DNA from: Mobula birostris
Taxonomy: Eukaryota
DNA length: 64,000 nucleotides
Direction of reading: 5' to 3'
NCBI RefSeq assembly: GCF_030028105.1
Contig: NC_092401.1
Coordinates: 7,784,984 to 7,848,983 of the forward strand
The notes beneath the pieces were generated by a model. It worked only from the letters and a program-made list of their open reading frames with translations, was not told where the DNA came from and searched no databases. Positions 25,020-36,829 of this stretch are shown here, in pieces (the stretch's first letter is position 1; each line of letters opens with the position of its first letter). Position numbers and translations under genes: made by a program.

Positions 25020-25961
25020 TTAGTTTAAACCCTCCCGAACCATGCTAGCAAACCTACCTGCAAGGATATTGCTCCCCCTCGAGTTCAGGTGCAACCCATC
25101 CAATCTGTACAGATCCCACCTTCCCCAGAAGAGATCCCAATGATCTAAAAATCTAAAACCCTGCTCCCTGCACCAACTCCTCAGCCACGCATTCAACTGC
25201 CATCTCCTCCAATTCTTACCATCTCTATCACGTAGCACTGGCAGCAATCCTGAGAACGTCACCCTTGAGGTCTTGTTCTTCAGCCTTCTGCCTAATTCCC
25301 GAAACTCACACTTCAGGACCTCATCTCTCTTCCTGCCTATGTCGTTGGTCCCAACATGTATCACGACTTCTGGTTGCTTTCCCTCTCGTACCAGGATGTT
25401 GTGCACCCGGTCAGAGACATCCTGGACCCTGGCACCCAGGAGGCAACAAACCATGCGGGTGTCCTTCTCACGTCCACAAAATCTCCTGTCTACTCCCCTG
25501 ACTATAGAGTCTCCAATGACGACAGCTCTCCTCTTCTCCGTCCCACCCTTCTGCACCACAGGGTCAGACTCAGTGCCGGAGGCCCTGCCACTGTGGCTCA
25601 CACCTGGTCGGTCGTCACCGCCAACAGTATCCAGGACGGTAAACTTATTATTCAGGGGAATGGCTACAGGGGTGCTCTGTACTACCTGTCTGCTCACCTT
25701 CGCTTTCCCCTCTCTGACTGTCACCCAACGACCTGCTTCCGACAGCCTAGGTGTCACTACCTCCCTGTAGCTCTCATCTATGACTGCCTCATTCTCCCTT
25801 ATGAGTCGAAGGTCATCCAGCTGCTGCTCCAGATTCCTTACACGGTCTTCCAGATCGCCCAGCCATATGCACTTCTGGCAGATATGACTCTGTGCGAGAG
25901 GGGAGTTCCCCCAATACTGCCACATCTCACATGACAGGCACATCACCATCTCAGGAGACAT
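25020..25961 (-). CDS. CR1 ORF1: Cys-rich finger, coiled coil and SGNH esterase-like domain
   Basis: CLSCEMW...HICQKC; LEDRVRNLEQQLDDL; VVIGDSIVRG, HVGTND, DGLHLN. Start placed at MSPEMVMC (25961) because the track's ATG at 26078 lies in flanking sequence. Confidence 0.9.
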   Translation of the reverse strand: MSPEMVMCLSCEMWQYWGNSPLAQSHICQKCIWLGDLEDRVRNLEQQLDDLRLIRENEAVIDESYREVVTPRLSEAGRWVTVREGKAKVSRQVVQSTPVAIPLNNKFTVLDTVGGDDRPGVSHSGRASGTESDPVVQKGGTEKRRAVVIGDSIVRGVDRRFCGREKDTRMVCCLLGARVQDVSDRVHNILVREGKQPEVVIHVGTNDIGRKRDEVLKCEFRELGRRLKNKTSRVTFSGLLPVLRDRDGKNWRRWQLNAWLRSWCREQGFRFLDHWDLFWGRWDLYRLDGLHLNSRGSNILAGRFASMVREGLN

Positions 25962-26289
25962 TGTAAAAACTAACTGCGAGCTAGCTTGTCCTCCGCCTCT
26001 TCTCATCGAAGCCTCTCGAGTAAAAGCCTCAAAGCTCCACTCCTTCACTGGCCCACTCACGCTCTGGTTGCTTTCCATGAAGCAGCAGAGAAATTCATTG
26101 ATGAGTTTGTCAAGGTTATCCTGATGAAAATCTAACTCACTGAATGGCTACATCAGTAATTCAGAGTTGGAAATAATCGTTTTTCCAAGCTATTTGATTA
26201 CATTATTCCAAATTCTGGAAAAATCCAAAATCCGAAACACTTCTGGCAACAAACATTTCGGACTTCCCTCAATCTGTATTACCTTAACC

Positions 26290-26430
26290 CAGGGGTGGCC
26301 AACCTTTTACATTCCATGAGCCAATTTTTTCACTCACGAGTTCAGATGCGCCATACAACTCTTGCACCCCAATTCAATTCTTGTAAAAATGTTAATATAG
26401 AACTCGTGCATGAAAAAATTGACGCACAGA
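26290..26430. mobile_element. hAT-type MITE fragment
   Basis: caggggtggccaacctttt terminus typical of hAT/Charlie MITEs; no second TIR found. Confidence 0.45.
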
Positions 26431-26799
26431 ATGTAACAGGTTTAGCTGCCTTAACCCGATCCCCCGAATGTTACAGTTGAGGCACCTACACAAACTCTAA
26501 AATTTACTTCTGACTCCCCCGCAATGGGAGAAAGAACACCTCCACTCACGTTGATATTCAAAATAAATTCTACAGTGAAGGTAGGTTAGTTTTAGTGACC
26601 GTGTTGGGGATGCAATGCCAGGAACAAGCTGACGCTGTACCGGAGAATTAAGAGATTCAGAGCTGATGTTGAAAGTTGAACTGTATACATGGTAACAAAC
26701 TGCGCATTTTGCACAATGCACAAACTTGTCATGTTCCAGAAAAGCAAGGTATTCATGAACCGAAGTTTTACTAGTCGATCAGTAGTTATGCAACAACTG

Positions 26800-26997
26800 T
26801 AGATGTCCGAATGTTAAATAAAGAGCCCGAGTTACTGCCCGAAGGGGCGCGGTCCGCGAAACTTCCATCCCGGAGGCGCTGCCACCTCGTCACTGCTCGA
26901 TACCGCCAAGCAGATCAGTACTGGCTCTTCGCGTTGATTTCGGGACTTTTTAAAAAGTTAATCAAAATCGTTCAACATTTTCGTTTGAGATTTGATT
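26800..26997 (+). promoter_or_regulatory. Proximal promoter/5'UTR of the ICAM-like gene
   Basis: Locally CpG-rich; TATA-like ttaaataaa at 26814; ETS core AACTTCC at 26860-26866 conserved in both paralogous repeats (822-828, 1311-1317); kappaB-like gggactttt at 26942. Confidence 0.55.
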
Positions 26998-27049
26998 ATG
27001 ATGTATTTCAGGTTGATTTCCCTTTTTGCTTTACTCTTGGTGGCAACAG
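26998..27049 (+). CDS. ICAM/VCAM-like gene exon 1: signal peptide
   Basis: ATG ATG TAT TTC AGG ... GCA ACA G|gtaagt = MMYFRLISLFALLLVAT(G); hydrophobic core; phase-1 donor. Confidence 0.85.
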
Positions 27050-28129
27050 GTAAGTAAATTGGTTTTAAATATAATCAATATATTTGCACAGAGACACACA
27101 GCGTTAGAGTGTAACTACACACACAAACTGTGCATTTCGGATTGTGCGCTACTGAGTGGTTTATTCAACGTGGACTCTATCTCGTTTCCAATTTCCTTGG
27201 CAATATTTATTTTGGCAAAACAGAAATTTAACGTTAGCTTAAATTCCGCTGAAGAATGGCGAGGAAGATAGAAATAAAAACAAGGCACCGAGCAAAATAG
27301 GTGCACGATTCAGGAATTAAATTTAAATTTAAGAATATATCTCATTATTTTACTCATTACGTCAAAAGCACTTTTAGTCCGTTTCTCAGTCCCTGGTACT
27401 CTGTGTTCTTTCAGTAATCTGTACATTCGATCACTGTTGAGCGCTGGGCTGAGTCTGACCGCGGGTCCGGTTTTGACTCCGTTTACAACCCTGTAACTTT
27501 GTGTAAAACTGCAACAGCCACTAAAGTGCACATAGCCCGAGTTTCTGTACGTCATTCCGATATAACAGTCTGACCAGTCACCATAACGCACCCTAATGCA
27601 AGGTCTCCACTGGGAACTCCGTCAGTTCCTTTTCCCGACACAAAAGCAATCGACCCGCTGAGTTTGTTGTTCCAGAATCCCGCATCTACAGTCACCAGTG
27701 TCTCTATGTGCCCATTCTGCTCTGGCACAAAGCCAACCCTTACAAATTACTTTCCCGGGGTCCCCAAGGGCTTTGGGGCAGCTGGAAGAAACAACATTTT
27801 TCAAAAGCGCCAATGCTGGAAATCCGAAATAAAGGGAGTTATGAAGCAAGTTCTTCAACCAGAAATGTTAACTTTGTTTTTCCTTCCTGGATGCTTCCTA
27901 GTCTACTGGGTGTTTCCAGCATTTTCTGGATCATTTCAGATGGAAGGGGCTGCAAGCAGCTTCTTCTCCCCCAATTTCTTAATTAACAACACCTCCCAAA
28001 GGTGCCACACCAATCACAAAAAAGGACATGGGAGCTGGTGCATGGGATTACCTACACTAGTACATTCCTCATCTGGTTACACATCATTCTGACCCAGAGA
28101 TACACTGGCTTCTTCATTAGGTAACTCTT

Positions 28130-28455
28130 CTACCCGATAAAGTGGGCACTGAGTATGTTTTTAAACACCATTCTCTGTAAACTCCAGAGACTGTTATATG
28201 TGAAAATCCAGGGAGATCGGCAGTTTGAGAGATACTCAAGCCACCCCGTCTAGCACCAATAATCATTCCATGTTCAAAGTCACTTAGATCACATTTCCTA
28301 TTCATTCTGATGTTTGGTCTGAACAACAATTGAACCTCTTGACCATGACTACATGCTTTTATGTTTTGAGTTGCTACCACATGATTTGCTGATTAGATGT
28401 TTGCATTAATGAGCAGCTGTATGGGTTTATCTAATAAACTTGGCCACTGAGTATA
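28130..28455. mobile_element. Tc1-derived MITE
   Basis: aagtgggcactgagta and ctaataaacttggccactgagta termini; same family as 17241-17790. Confidence 0.7.
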
Positions 28456-28929
28456 TTCTGCCATGCCTTCATCATCAATGGGTATAAATCGTGGAACTCT
28501 GACCCCATCTTCACCTGGAGAGCCGAGGCAGGTCAAGAAAACGCCTCAGGGGATATTAGGCATAGTCCATAGTTGAATCACAAACGAGAGAAAATCTGTC
28601 ACTGCTGGAAATCAAAGTAATACACACAAAATGCTGAAGGAATACAGCAGACCAGGCAACATCTATGGAAAAGAGTAAACAGTCAATGTTTTGGGCCAGG
28701 ACTGTTTATCTGGATGGTAGTTATCTGAAACAATAAGTGGAAAAAACAAACAACTTCCTTCCCCTTTTGATATGAAAATTACTCAGTTTCTCATTGTGGC
28801 TGTTCGGAAAATCAACTTCCTGTCCAACATTTAAATCTATGGTCCATTCTGAGAGATAGCCTTGACCTTCAAACACAAGAGGTTGTTTCAAATAGCTAAG
28901 AGAAAATAATCGGCTTCATCACAGAAGAT

Positions 28930-29350
28930 GGATGGTTGTGATGCATTTCTGACTGGAGGACTGTGACCATTGGTGTTCTGCAAGTATCAGCCCAGGGATC
29001 TCTTGTTTGTAATATCAATTAATAACTTGGATGAGCATGTGGATGGTCTGATCAGTAAGGTTGCAGAGAAATTGGTAGAGTACTGGAGAGTGAGGAACTT
29101 TGTCAAAGAATATAGCAGGAGTTACAGGAGATCAGCTGGAAATTTTGGCAGATAAGTGTGACGACATCAAATACTAGAGAAATGTATACAATAAATGGCA
29201 GGACACTTGAGAGTATTGATGTACAGAGGGATCTTGGGGTGGATGTCCATCGCTTCCTTGAAGTAGAAAGGCAGTAAAGACAGTGTGAAATGTGCTCACC
29301 TTCACTGGTGGGAACACTGAGCATGAATGTTGACAAGTATGTTGCAGCTG
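28930..29350 (+). mobile_element. CR1 RT fragment
   Basis: LLFVISINNLDEHVDGLISK; gagagtattgatgtacagagggatcttggggt. Confidence 0.7.
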
Positions 29351-29909
29351 TACAAGACTTTTTTTTTAAAAAATGTTGTGGCATTCTTAGAACTATAATT
29401 ATGCTGAGAAAAAGAAAACCTAAATGTTGGATTTGTATAGAAATAGACAGGGCTGGGTGCTAAATACTAAATCCATTGAATAGGTACCTTATTTCTTCCC
29501 CATATCCCCAGATAAATACAATGGCATCTTTCTTAGCCTTCTGAAATAGATTTATTACCTTGACCTCCATAACCAAGTGTTGAAGATATTCCCAATATCT
29601 CCATCTTGTATCCTAAATCTCCAAACACCTGTTAGAATCCTTAGCTAGAGCAAACATCAATCCTGTTTCAACTTGTCAAAAATATGTTGACATTTCTGTG
29701 CATTTCAGTTCGATTTACTCCAATTCTAGTTTACACCAGTCTGTCAACTTAATCTCCTCTCTTCTGAAAGTCTCCAATATCAGGAATCAGTCTGGTGGAT
29801 CTTCTCTTCACTGCCTAAATAGAAAGTACATCCATCATTAGGTACAGGGATCAAAACTGCACACAGAACTACACTAAATGTTTTCCATTTCCCTGTGTCT
29901 CTCTGGCAG

Positions 29910-30185
29910 GTAAACTGAATGGATTTGAGGTTTCCATCAAAACAAACACCCCAGTGGTGGAATTTGGACACTCCCTGGAGGTGACCTGCAGTACAATGTT
30001 TAACAACCCAACAATGATTATGGAATACAAACCAGGGATGAATCCCAGCAGAACTCATGGTGATAAGTTCATTACAGACCAATTTCTGAGTATCCAGAAA
30101 TGGGATCTGACAGTGCCATGTACTGTAATCTGTTCATCTGCAGGAAAGGCAGTGCAGGAGAGGAAACTGGTGGTTCCAGTGTACA
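29910..30185 (+). CDS. ICAM/VCAM-like gene exon 2: Ig domain 1 (ICAM-N type)
   Basis: ctctggcag|GT AAA CTG ... GTG TAC A|gtaagt; VVEFGHSLEVTCSTMFNNPTMIMEYK...VPCTVICSS...VPVY; 276 nt, phase 1-1. Confidence 0.9.
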
Positions 30186-30610
30186 GTAAGTAACATCTCT
30201 TGTTCTAAGTAAATCCCACAGCAGAGTATAACAGGATGAAAGGAAGCAAAATGAAATTAAGTTTCACCTGAAAATGTTACACAGAATGGTGCTGTCGTGT
30301 ATCAGGTGAGGTAGAGAACAGCCTGCTGGGAAATGGACTTACACCTCACTCCTCCATAATGAGTTCACAGTCTGAAAGGAGTTTAGATATTGACATTGTA
30401 CAGAGATAATTCTGTAGGAATGGAGAAATAACGTTCAGAGTGTATCAGGTCAGGAAACCTATGTTGCTATTTCACAGTCCAAAGTGTTAGGTGTATGAAG
30501 GAACTGGACTTGTTTCACCTGACGTCTGGAAAATAGTAGATGATTAACCTCATTTATAGCTGACCATATGGGAACCTCACTGGGTAGTTCATTTCCACAA
30601 GATGTTTGTG

Positions 30611-30841
30611 GGTGGCATGGTAGTGTAGTAGTAAAGACAACACCCAGTTTCAATTCCCATCACGGCCTGTAAGGAGTTTGTACATTCTCCCTGTGACCAT
30701 GTGGGTTTCCTTCAGGAGCTCCCGTTTCCTCCCACAGTCCAGTGATGTACTGGTTGGTAGGTTAATTGGTCTTTGCTAATTGTCCTCTGATAAGGCACAG
30801 ATTAAATCGGGTCTGCTGGACAGCATGGCTCAAAGGACCAG
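30611..30841 (+). mobile_element. V-SINE (HE1-like); its 3' tail resumes at 35651 after the Gypsy insertion
   Basis: ggtggcatggtagtgtag head; gtgggtttcc...ctcccacagtcc V domain; tail ggaccagaaagg|ccttttccgtgctg. Confidence 0.75.
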
Positions 30842-30846
30842 AAAGG

Positions 30847-33800
30847 TGTCAGGGCGCTGGAGCAGGGATCCAATTGCAGACACAGTGATATTAATTGAGT
30901 AACAAATCCCGAGGTGCAAACAAAGTTGGCGTCAAAACATCCAGAGAAATCTAAAAACCAGAATCGGAAAAGATGCAGAGTCTTATTCACTTGGAGAGAG
31001 TTCAGAAAAATTCACTGACACAATCTGGCCACAAACAGGTGAAAACACAGGACTGAAATACACTGAGCAATAAACAGAGAGGCAGATGATAGGTGGAGCA
31101 CAATGAGACAGGTGGCAGCAATACAGGTAATAATGAGAAACAGATGAGAGACAGAGTACTCAGTAATACAGGGGCTGGAGTAGAGCAGGAGCGGGGACAG
31201 GAGTACATGGCAATACAAAACCACAGACTGCTAGGGGGAAAACACACAAAAAGACAGTTCAACTGGAGGTACTGACCGTACCCCACCCCCACAGATGCCC
31301 CCTGGCATCACAGCAGGTAGAGCTGGGTGCTGGTGATGAAAGTCCCTGAGGAGAGAGGGATTCAAGATGTTACAGGCGGGGACCCAGCCCCTCCTCTCAG
31401 GACTGGAGCCCTCCCAGCCCACAAGGTACTGGGGGGCCACAGCCCTGGCGATAAACATCCAGCAGTCCATGCACCATGAAGGCCTCTGACCCACTGATGA
31501 GCCACGGAGGAGGAGAGGTTTGGACACAGGACACAGGGGGTGGCTCATGAAAGGCTTGATGCGGGACACATGGAAAGTGGGATGAATGCAGCGGAGAGTG
31601 GAGGCTAGCTTGAGGAGGAGGGCAGCAGGGCTGATGGCTTTAGCAATGGGAAAGGGGCTGATGAAGCGAGGGGTGAGTTTGCAGGAATCCACCTTAAGGG
31701 GCAGGTCTCGGGTTGAAAGCCACACCCACTGTTCCTGGCGGTAACGTGTGGCCTTGGAACGATGGCAGTCAGCTTGACACTTGATCCTAGCTGAGGCACG
31801 GAAAAGGGCAGAGTGAGTGCGCCTCCATGTCCGCTGACAACGGCGGATGAATGCCTCGGCAGATGGAACTCCAACCCCCTCCTCCTGGGCAGGAAACAGT
31901 GGAGGTTGGTAGCCAAGGCAGCACTCAAAAGGGGACAGACCGGTGGATGAGGACGGATGAGAGTTTTTGGCATACTCAGCCCAGGGTAGCTGCTGACTAC
32001 ACGCAGAGGGGTTCTGGGAGACCAGACACTGCAATACAGTCTCTAGCTGTTGGTTGCGGATGTCATCTCCTATGGAGGGCCACCAGAACCATCGACTGAT
32101 GAAGGCCCGAGTATGCTTGGCTCCAGGGTGACAGGATAACCGGGAAGAATGACCCCACTGCAAGACCTGTGAGTGGACAGAGCTGGGAACATAAACATGG
32201 TTAGTGGGGCATTGACTAGGGGCTGCCTTGCTCTGTTGAGCAGCTTGCACAATGGATTCAATGTCCCATTGCGCTGCACCCATGAGACAGTGAACAGGGA
32301 GGAGGATGACCTCAGATACCTCGGTTCTCAGGGGAGGGAAATCTTCAGGAGAGGGCATCAGGTTTTCCATTCTTGGAACCAGGGCGGAAGGACAGAGTAA
32401 AATTGAATCTTGAGAAAAACAGGGACCAACGAGCTGGACAGTACAGAAATACTACAGATTCTTGTGATCAGTCCAGACTAAGAATGGCACCTTGGCTGCC
32501 TCCAGCCCTCCAGAGCTAGCTTCACAGCCAGCAGCTCCTGGTTTCTGACATCGTAATTCCGCTCCGTGGGAGTGAGGCAGTGAGAGAAGATGGTGCAGGG
32601 ATGTACATTCTCATCCTTGGCTGAGTACTAAGAGAGCACAGCTCCTACACAAATGTCAGGCGCATCCACCTCCACAATGAACTGCCGGTCGGTGTCGGGT
32701 TGAATCAGGATGAGAGCAGAAGTGAAACATTCCTTCAGGTCAGAGAATGTTTTTTCAGCAGCAGGGGACCAGGAGAATCGACAGCCGATGAGGTAAGAGC
32801 AGTGAATGGTGCAGCCAGTGTGCTGTAATTTGTGATGAAGCGGTGATAGAGGTTAGCAAAGCCCAAGAGGTGTTGCAACTCCCGACGAGTCGAAGATTGG
32901 GGCCATTTGACCACCACCTTGACCTTCTGTTGGTCCATCTGAATGGAACCACCTGAAATTACTTACCCCAGGAAGGAGACTGTGTTGCAATGAATCTCAC
33001 ATTTCTCAGCCTTTACAAAGAGCTGGTTCTCTAGAAGGCACTGGAGAACTCTGTGGACATGACCTGTGTGGTCAGCAAGGGGTTTAGAAAAAAATCAAAA
33101 TGTCATCGAGATATACAAAAACAAATTGGTTCAGCATGTCCCTGAGAATGTCATTTACCAGGGCTTGGAAGATGGCGGGGGCATTGGTGAGACCGAATGG
33201 CATGACCAGATACTCATAATGGCCTAAGGTGGCGTTGAAGACCATCTTCCACCCGTCCCCTTCGCGGATGCAGACAGGATGGTAGGCGTAATGGAGATCA
33301 AGCTTGGTGAAAGCTGAGGCTCCTTGCAGTAGTTCAAATGCCGAGGTAATGAGTGGATGTTAACAGTTCTTAACAGTGACTTTATTCAGTCCCCTTTAAT
33401 CAATACATGGATGCAAGATGCCGTCCTTCTTTTCAAAGGAGAGAAAACCAGCACCAGCAGGGGAGGAAGACGGCCAGATGATAATGAGACTCTTGAATGT
33501 GCTTATTCACGGCTTCTGTTTCAGGTACAGACAGGGAATACATGCGGCCCCTTGGGGGAGATGTGCCAGGCAAGAGGTCAATGGCACAATCATATGGACG
33601 ATGTGGCAGCAGGGAAGTGGCCCAGGACTTGCTAAACACAGCCATGAGGTCCATGTATTCAGGAGGGATGGCACCAAGGTCCTGAAATTCCTCGGGGGAT
33701 CTGGGCTTGGAGACAACGGGATCTGAGCATGGCGGAGGCAGAGGGAGTGACAGAATGGGTTCCAGCCTACAATCTTGCGACTGAGCCAGTCAATTTGGGG

Positions 33801-35650
33801 TTGTGTTTAACTAACGGGGGATGGCCCAGGACAATGGGAGCTTGAGCTGAGTCAATAACATAAAGGGTTAACTGTTCTTGATGGTTGCCGGATAAACTGA
33901 GACTCACTGGGGCCATGACATGGGTGATGTTAGCCAGTCTCTGACCATTCAAGGTGTTGGCCATCAATAGTGACTGGAGAGCAGATGTGGGTAATCCCCA
34001 CCGGGCAGCCAAGCCGGAATCGATAAAACACCCCTCCGCACCAGAATCGACCAAGATGGAGACTGCTCGCCATTGGACGCCCTACTCCAGAAAAGCAGAT
34101 ATGAAAGTGAGTGGCATCAAGGAGGGCTGGACAGGGGTCACCCTCGCCAGTACTCCTTGTCCTACTGGTGAGCACTTGGCTTTTACTGGGCAGGTGGAGG
34201 TGAAGTGGTCTGGTTGGCCACAGTACAGACAGGAGTGGATGCTGATTCTCCTTTGTCTCAGTTGGCATCAGGTGGGTACGGTCAACATGCATAGCCTTCA
34301 GTTCTGGAACAGGAACTGTAAATGGGGGCAAACAGCAAGGCAATGTAGACTGATGAGGAGCTTGGAACTCACCCAGTGGCCCCAGGGGCCCTCTGGAACC
34401 TCTCCTTCTGCAGCGCTGCTGAAGACGAACGTCAATTCAGATGGCCAAATCCACCAGGACTTCAAAGCTGGTAGGAAGGTCCTGGGTGACCAGCTCATCT
34501 TTGATGTTGTCAGAGAGGCCATTCAGGAAGGTGTCATACTGTGCCTCTGAGTTCCAGCCACTAGAAGTGGCTAGGGTCCAGAACTCTGGTGTGACTAGAC
34601 ACAGATCTGCACCCTTGGTGCACATGTAGCATTTCACAGGCACCCACTCCCCTATGTTTGGAGTAATCAAACACTTTTCTCATCTCCTCAGAAAATAACT
34701 GAAAACTGCTGCAGAAAGGGGAGCCTGTCTCCCAGATGGCTGTTCCCCATTCTCTCACCCAACTAGACAGTTGTATAATGACACAGGCTACCCTGGCTCA
34801 ATCAATCAGAAATGTTTTTGGTTGTAATTCAAAAATGAAGGTGCACTGGAAAAGAGAAGATTGGCAGGTACCGGGCTCACCTGAGTACTTTTCTGGAGGA
34901 GGCAGACTGGGCTCTTGGACAGGAGGAGCATGCGAGGACACAGAGATCGAGATGGAAGATGTAGTCACAGAGTGTTGATGGACATTCTGGGGCAGCAGCA
35001 GTGACCAAGTCTGGGCCCCAAGATTAGCTACATCATCAGAAAGCAACTCTGCTGCCCTGAACACAGGCTCCAGCTGGTTCTGGAGTCTCACCAGCATCAC
35101 CCCCATTGTTCCAGGATAGTTCTCAGACAACCAGGGTCTGCTGGATCCATTCTGACCAGATTGTACTGTCACAACACTGAAGCAGGCAGGGACCCAATCA
35201 CAGACTCAGTACTGTGCACACTGTGATATTAATTAAATAACAAATCCCAAGGTGCAAACAAAGTCAGCTCCAAAGTTCAGGCAGAGATCAAAACATCCAG
35301 AGAAATCCAAAAGCCAGAATTGGGGAACAGGCAGAGTCAATATTCAGACAACCAGAGTTCTGATACAAATACTGGAAAGGCTGAGGAAAATTCACTGGCA
35401 CAATCTGGCCACAAACAGGTGAAAACACAGGACTGAAATACACTGACAATAAACAGAGAGGCAGATGATAGGTGGAGCACAATGAGACACAGGTGGCAGC
35501 AATACAGGTAATAATGAGAAACAGATGAGAGACGGAGTACTCAGTAATACAGGGGCCGGAGCAGAGCAGGAGCGGGGACAGGAGCAATACAAAACCACAG
35601 ACTGACAGCTAGGGGGAAAACACACCAGAGTTCAACTGGAGGTACTGACA
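30847..35650 (-). mobile_element. Gypsy chromovirus provirus with both LTRs and a 5-bp TSD (AAAGG), internally deleted and degenerate, antisense in intron 2
   Basis: LTRs 30847-31277 and 35167-35650 (TGTCA..TGACA); AAAGG at 30842-30846 and 35651-35655; gag FLNGLSDNIKDEL; protease LVDSGAEGCFID; [10 protein letters not shown] (~33100); integrase/chromodomain IHPTFHVSRIKP, YLVGWEG; PPT at 31278-31290. Confidence 0.92.
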
Positions 35651-36475
35651 AAAGGCCTTTTCCGTGCTGGATCTGGAGAAGGATAGGTAGATAGATAAAC
35701 AGATTGATTGATTGATTACTTTACATACTTGATCATTAGAAGCTAGCCTGATACTTCACTCTACTGAGGAGGCATTCTCAGAGGTAAACATGATCAGAAG
35801 AGAAGAGTACTTCTGTTATGAAGTGTTTACCTGGGACCATCAATGACCTGTACTATTGATTTTGTGATTATTTTTATCGATTGATCTGGATCTCCAGCTT
35901 GGATATATATGGTAACTATCTTTGCATGCTTATTTTCTATTGGTCTGATATACTACTTTTAGAAGAAAAGAACCCAACAAACTGCAGAAACAAAGCCCAA
36001 CAATAATGGAAATTTCCAATGGACATCCACAAGCCCCTTCTTTAAAGAAAATTAAATCTGAAAGATAACGTACTGTCATCTACAACAATTAAGACAAAAT
36101 TTAAATTTAAAATGGTAAAATAGATAAATTCCAGACCAATATTCCAATGATATTATTGAGCTGCTGAATACAATGCTGCAGCTTAATCACACTCTACCAT
36201 CTCATGCCTTGAATGCTCTGCATCCAGGCCATTACACTGATTCTCACAAACATTGTGTAGCCACCAGAGTGTGGGTATCAGCACTGAAAATCACCGAGCT
36301 CCCGACTTTCCTGTCCGCCAAGTGAACTGAGCGAAGATCAAACTGAATGAAGGACTCTCCCCCAGAATTCATGCCAGTTTTCTGTTCCACAGATACAATG
36401 TGCTGGAGGAACTCAGCAGGTCAGGGAATTAATAATTAATAAATTAATGGAAACAGATATGAAGGGGAAGTCAGT

Positions 36476-36780
36476 AGAGGTTGATTACCCCTTATCTAAA
36501 CTTCCAGAATTTAAAAACATCTGAAATCTGATTATTTGTTTTTTTTTAAATGCTGGCATGACACCGCAAATGGAAAATTCCACAAGTTGCTGTGAAGGTT
36601 CCCAGGCAACACACAGGTCTCTGCGCTTCACAGGGAGTTCTGAGAGTGACCTCATATATAATGAACAGAGTTAACAAAGAACGGAAAAACACTGCATGAA
36701 GTGAAAAATGAAGCTCTCAATCATCTCGAAAGAGTGGATTCATCAGTGGCAGTGAACACGTGCAACTGCACATAAACGGC
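36476..36780 (+). mobile_element. Second Tigger fragment of the same family as 21426
   Basis: aggttgattaccccttatc terminus; gtgaaaaatgaag..ctc...gagtggattcatcagtg. Confidence 0.7.
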
Positions 36781-36829
36781 TCCTCTGTGGATGGAGTTAG
36801 GAGCTCCGAGTTTCTGGGAGTGACATAAT

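Larger units (their letters stand above)
22034..26075 (-). mobile_element. Near-full-length CR1 LINE with two open ORFs
   Basis: ORF1 and ORF2 uninterrupted; 3' (ctatgtt) tail at 22031-22050; flanked by a possible 3-bp CAT duplication (22031-22033 and 26076-26078). Confidence 0.95.
21426..26276 (+). mobile_element. Tigger/pogo-type DNA transposon remnant, split by RTE and CR1 insertions
   Basis: TA-caggttgagg...tccgaaa and tttcgga...ctcaatctg-TA termini. The CENP-B-type HTH reading LIRVLKEWIHQ...NFLKI|CGDKVSAD|HEAAEKFIDEF is continuous once the insertions are removed. Confidence 0.8.

Noticed and set aside
23038-25934. Numerous plus-strand ORFs of 60-190 aa over the CR1 (and similar antisense ORFs over Penelope and Gypsy)
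   Set aside because: They are antisense shadows of transposon ORFs with no independent motifs.
25962-26078. N-terminal extension of CR1 ORF1 in the ORF track (352 aa)
   Set aside because: The ATG is the reverse complement of CAT at 26076-26078, in the flanking Tigger/TSD sequence, so it is fortuitous.
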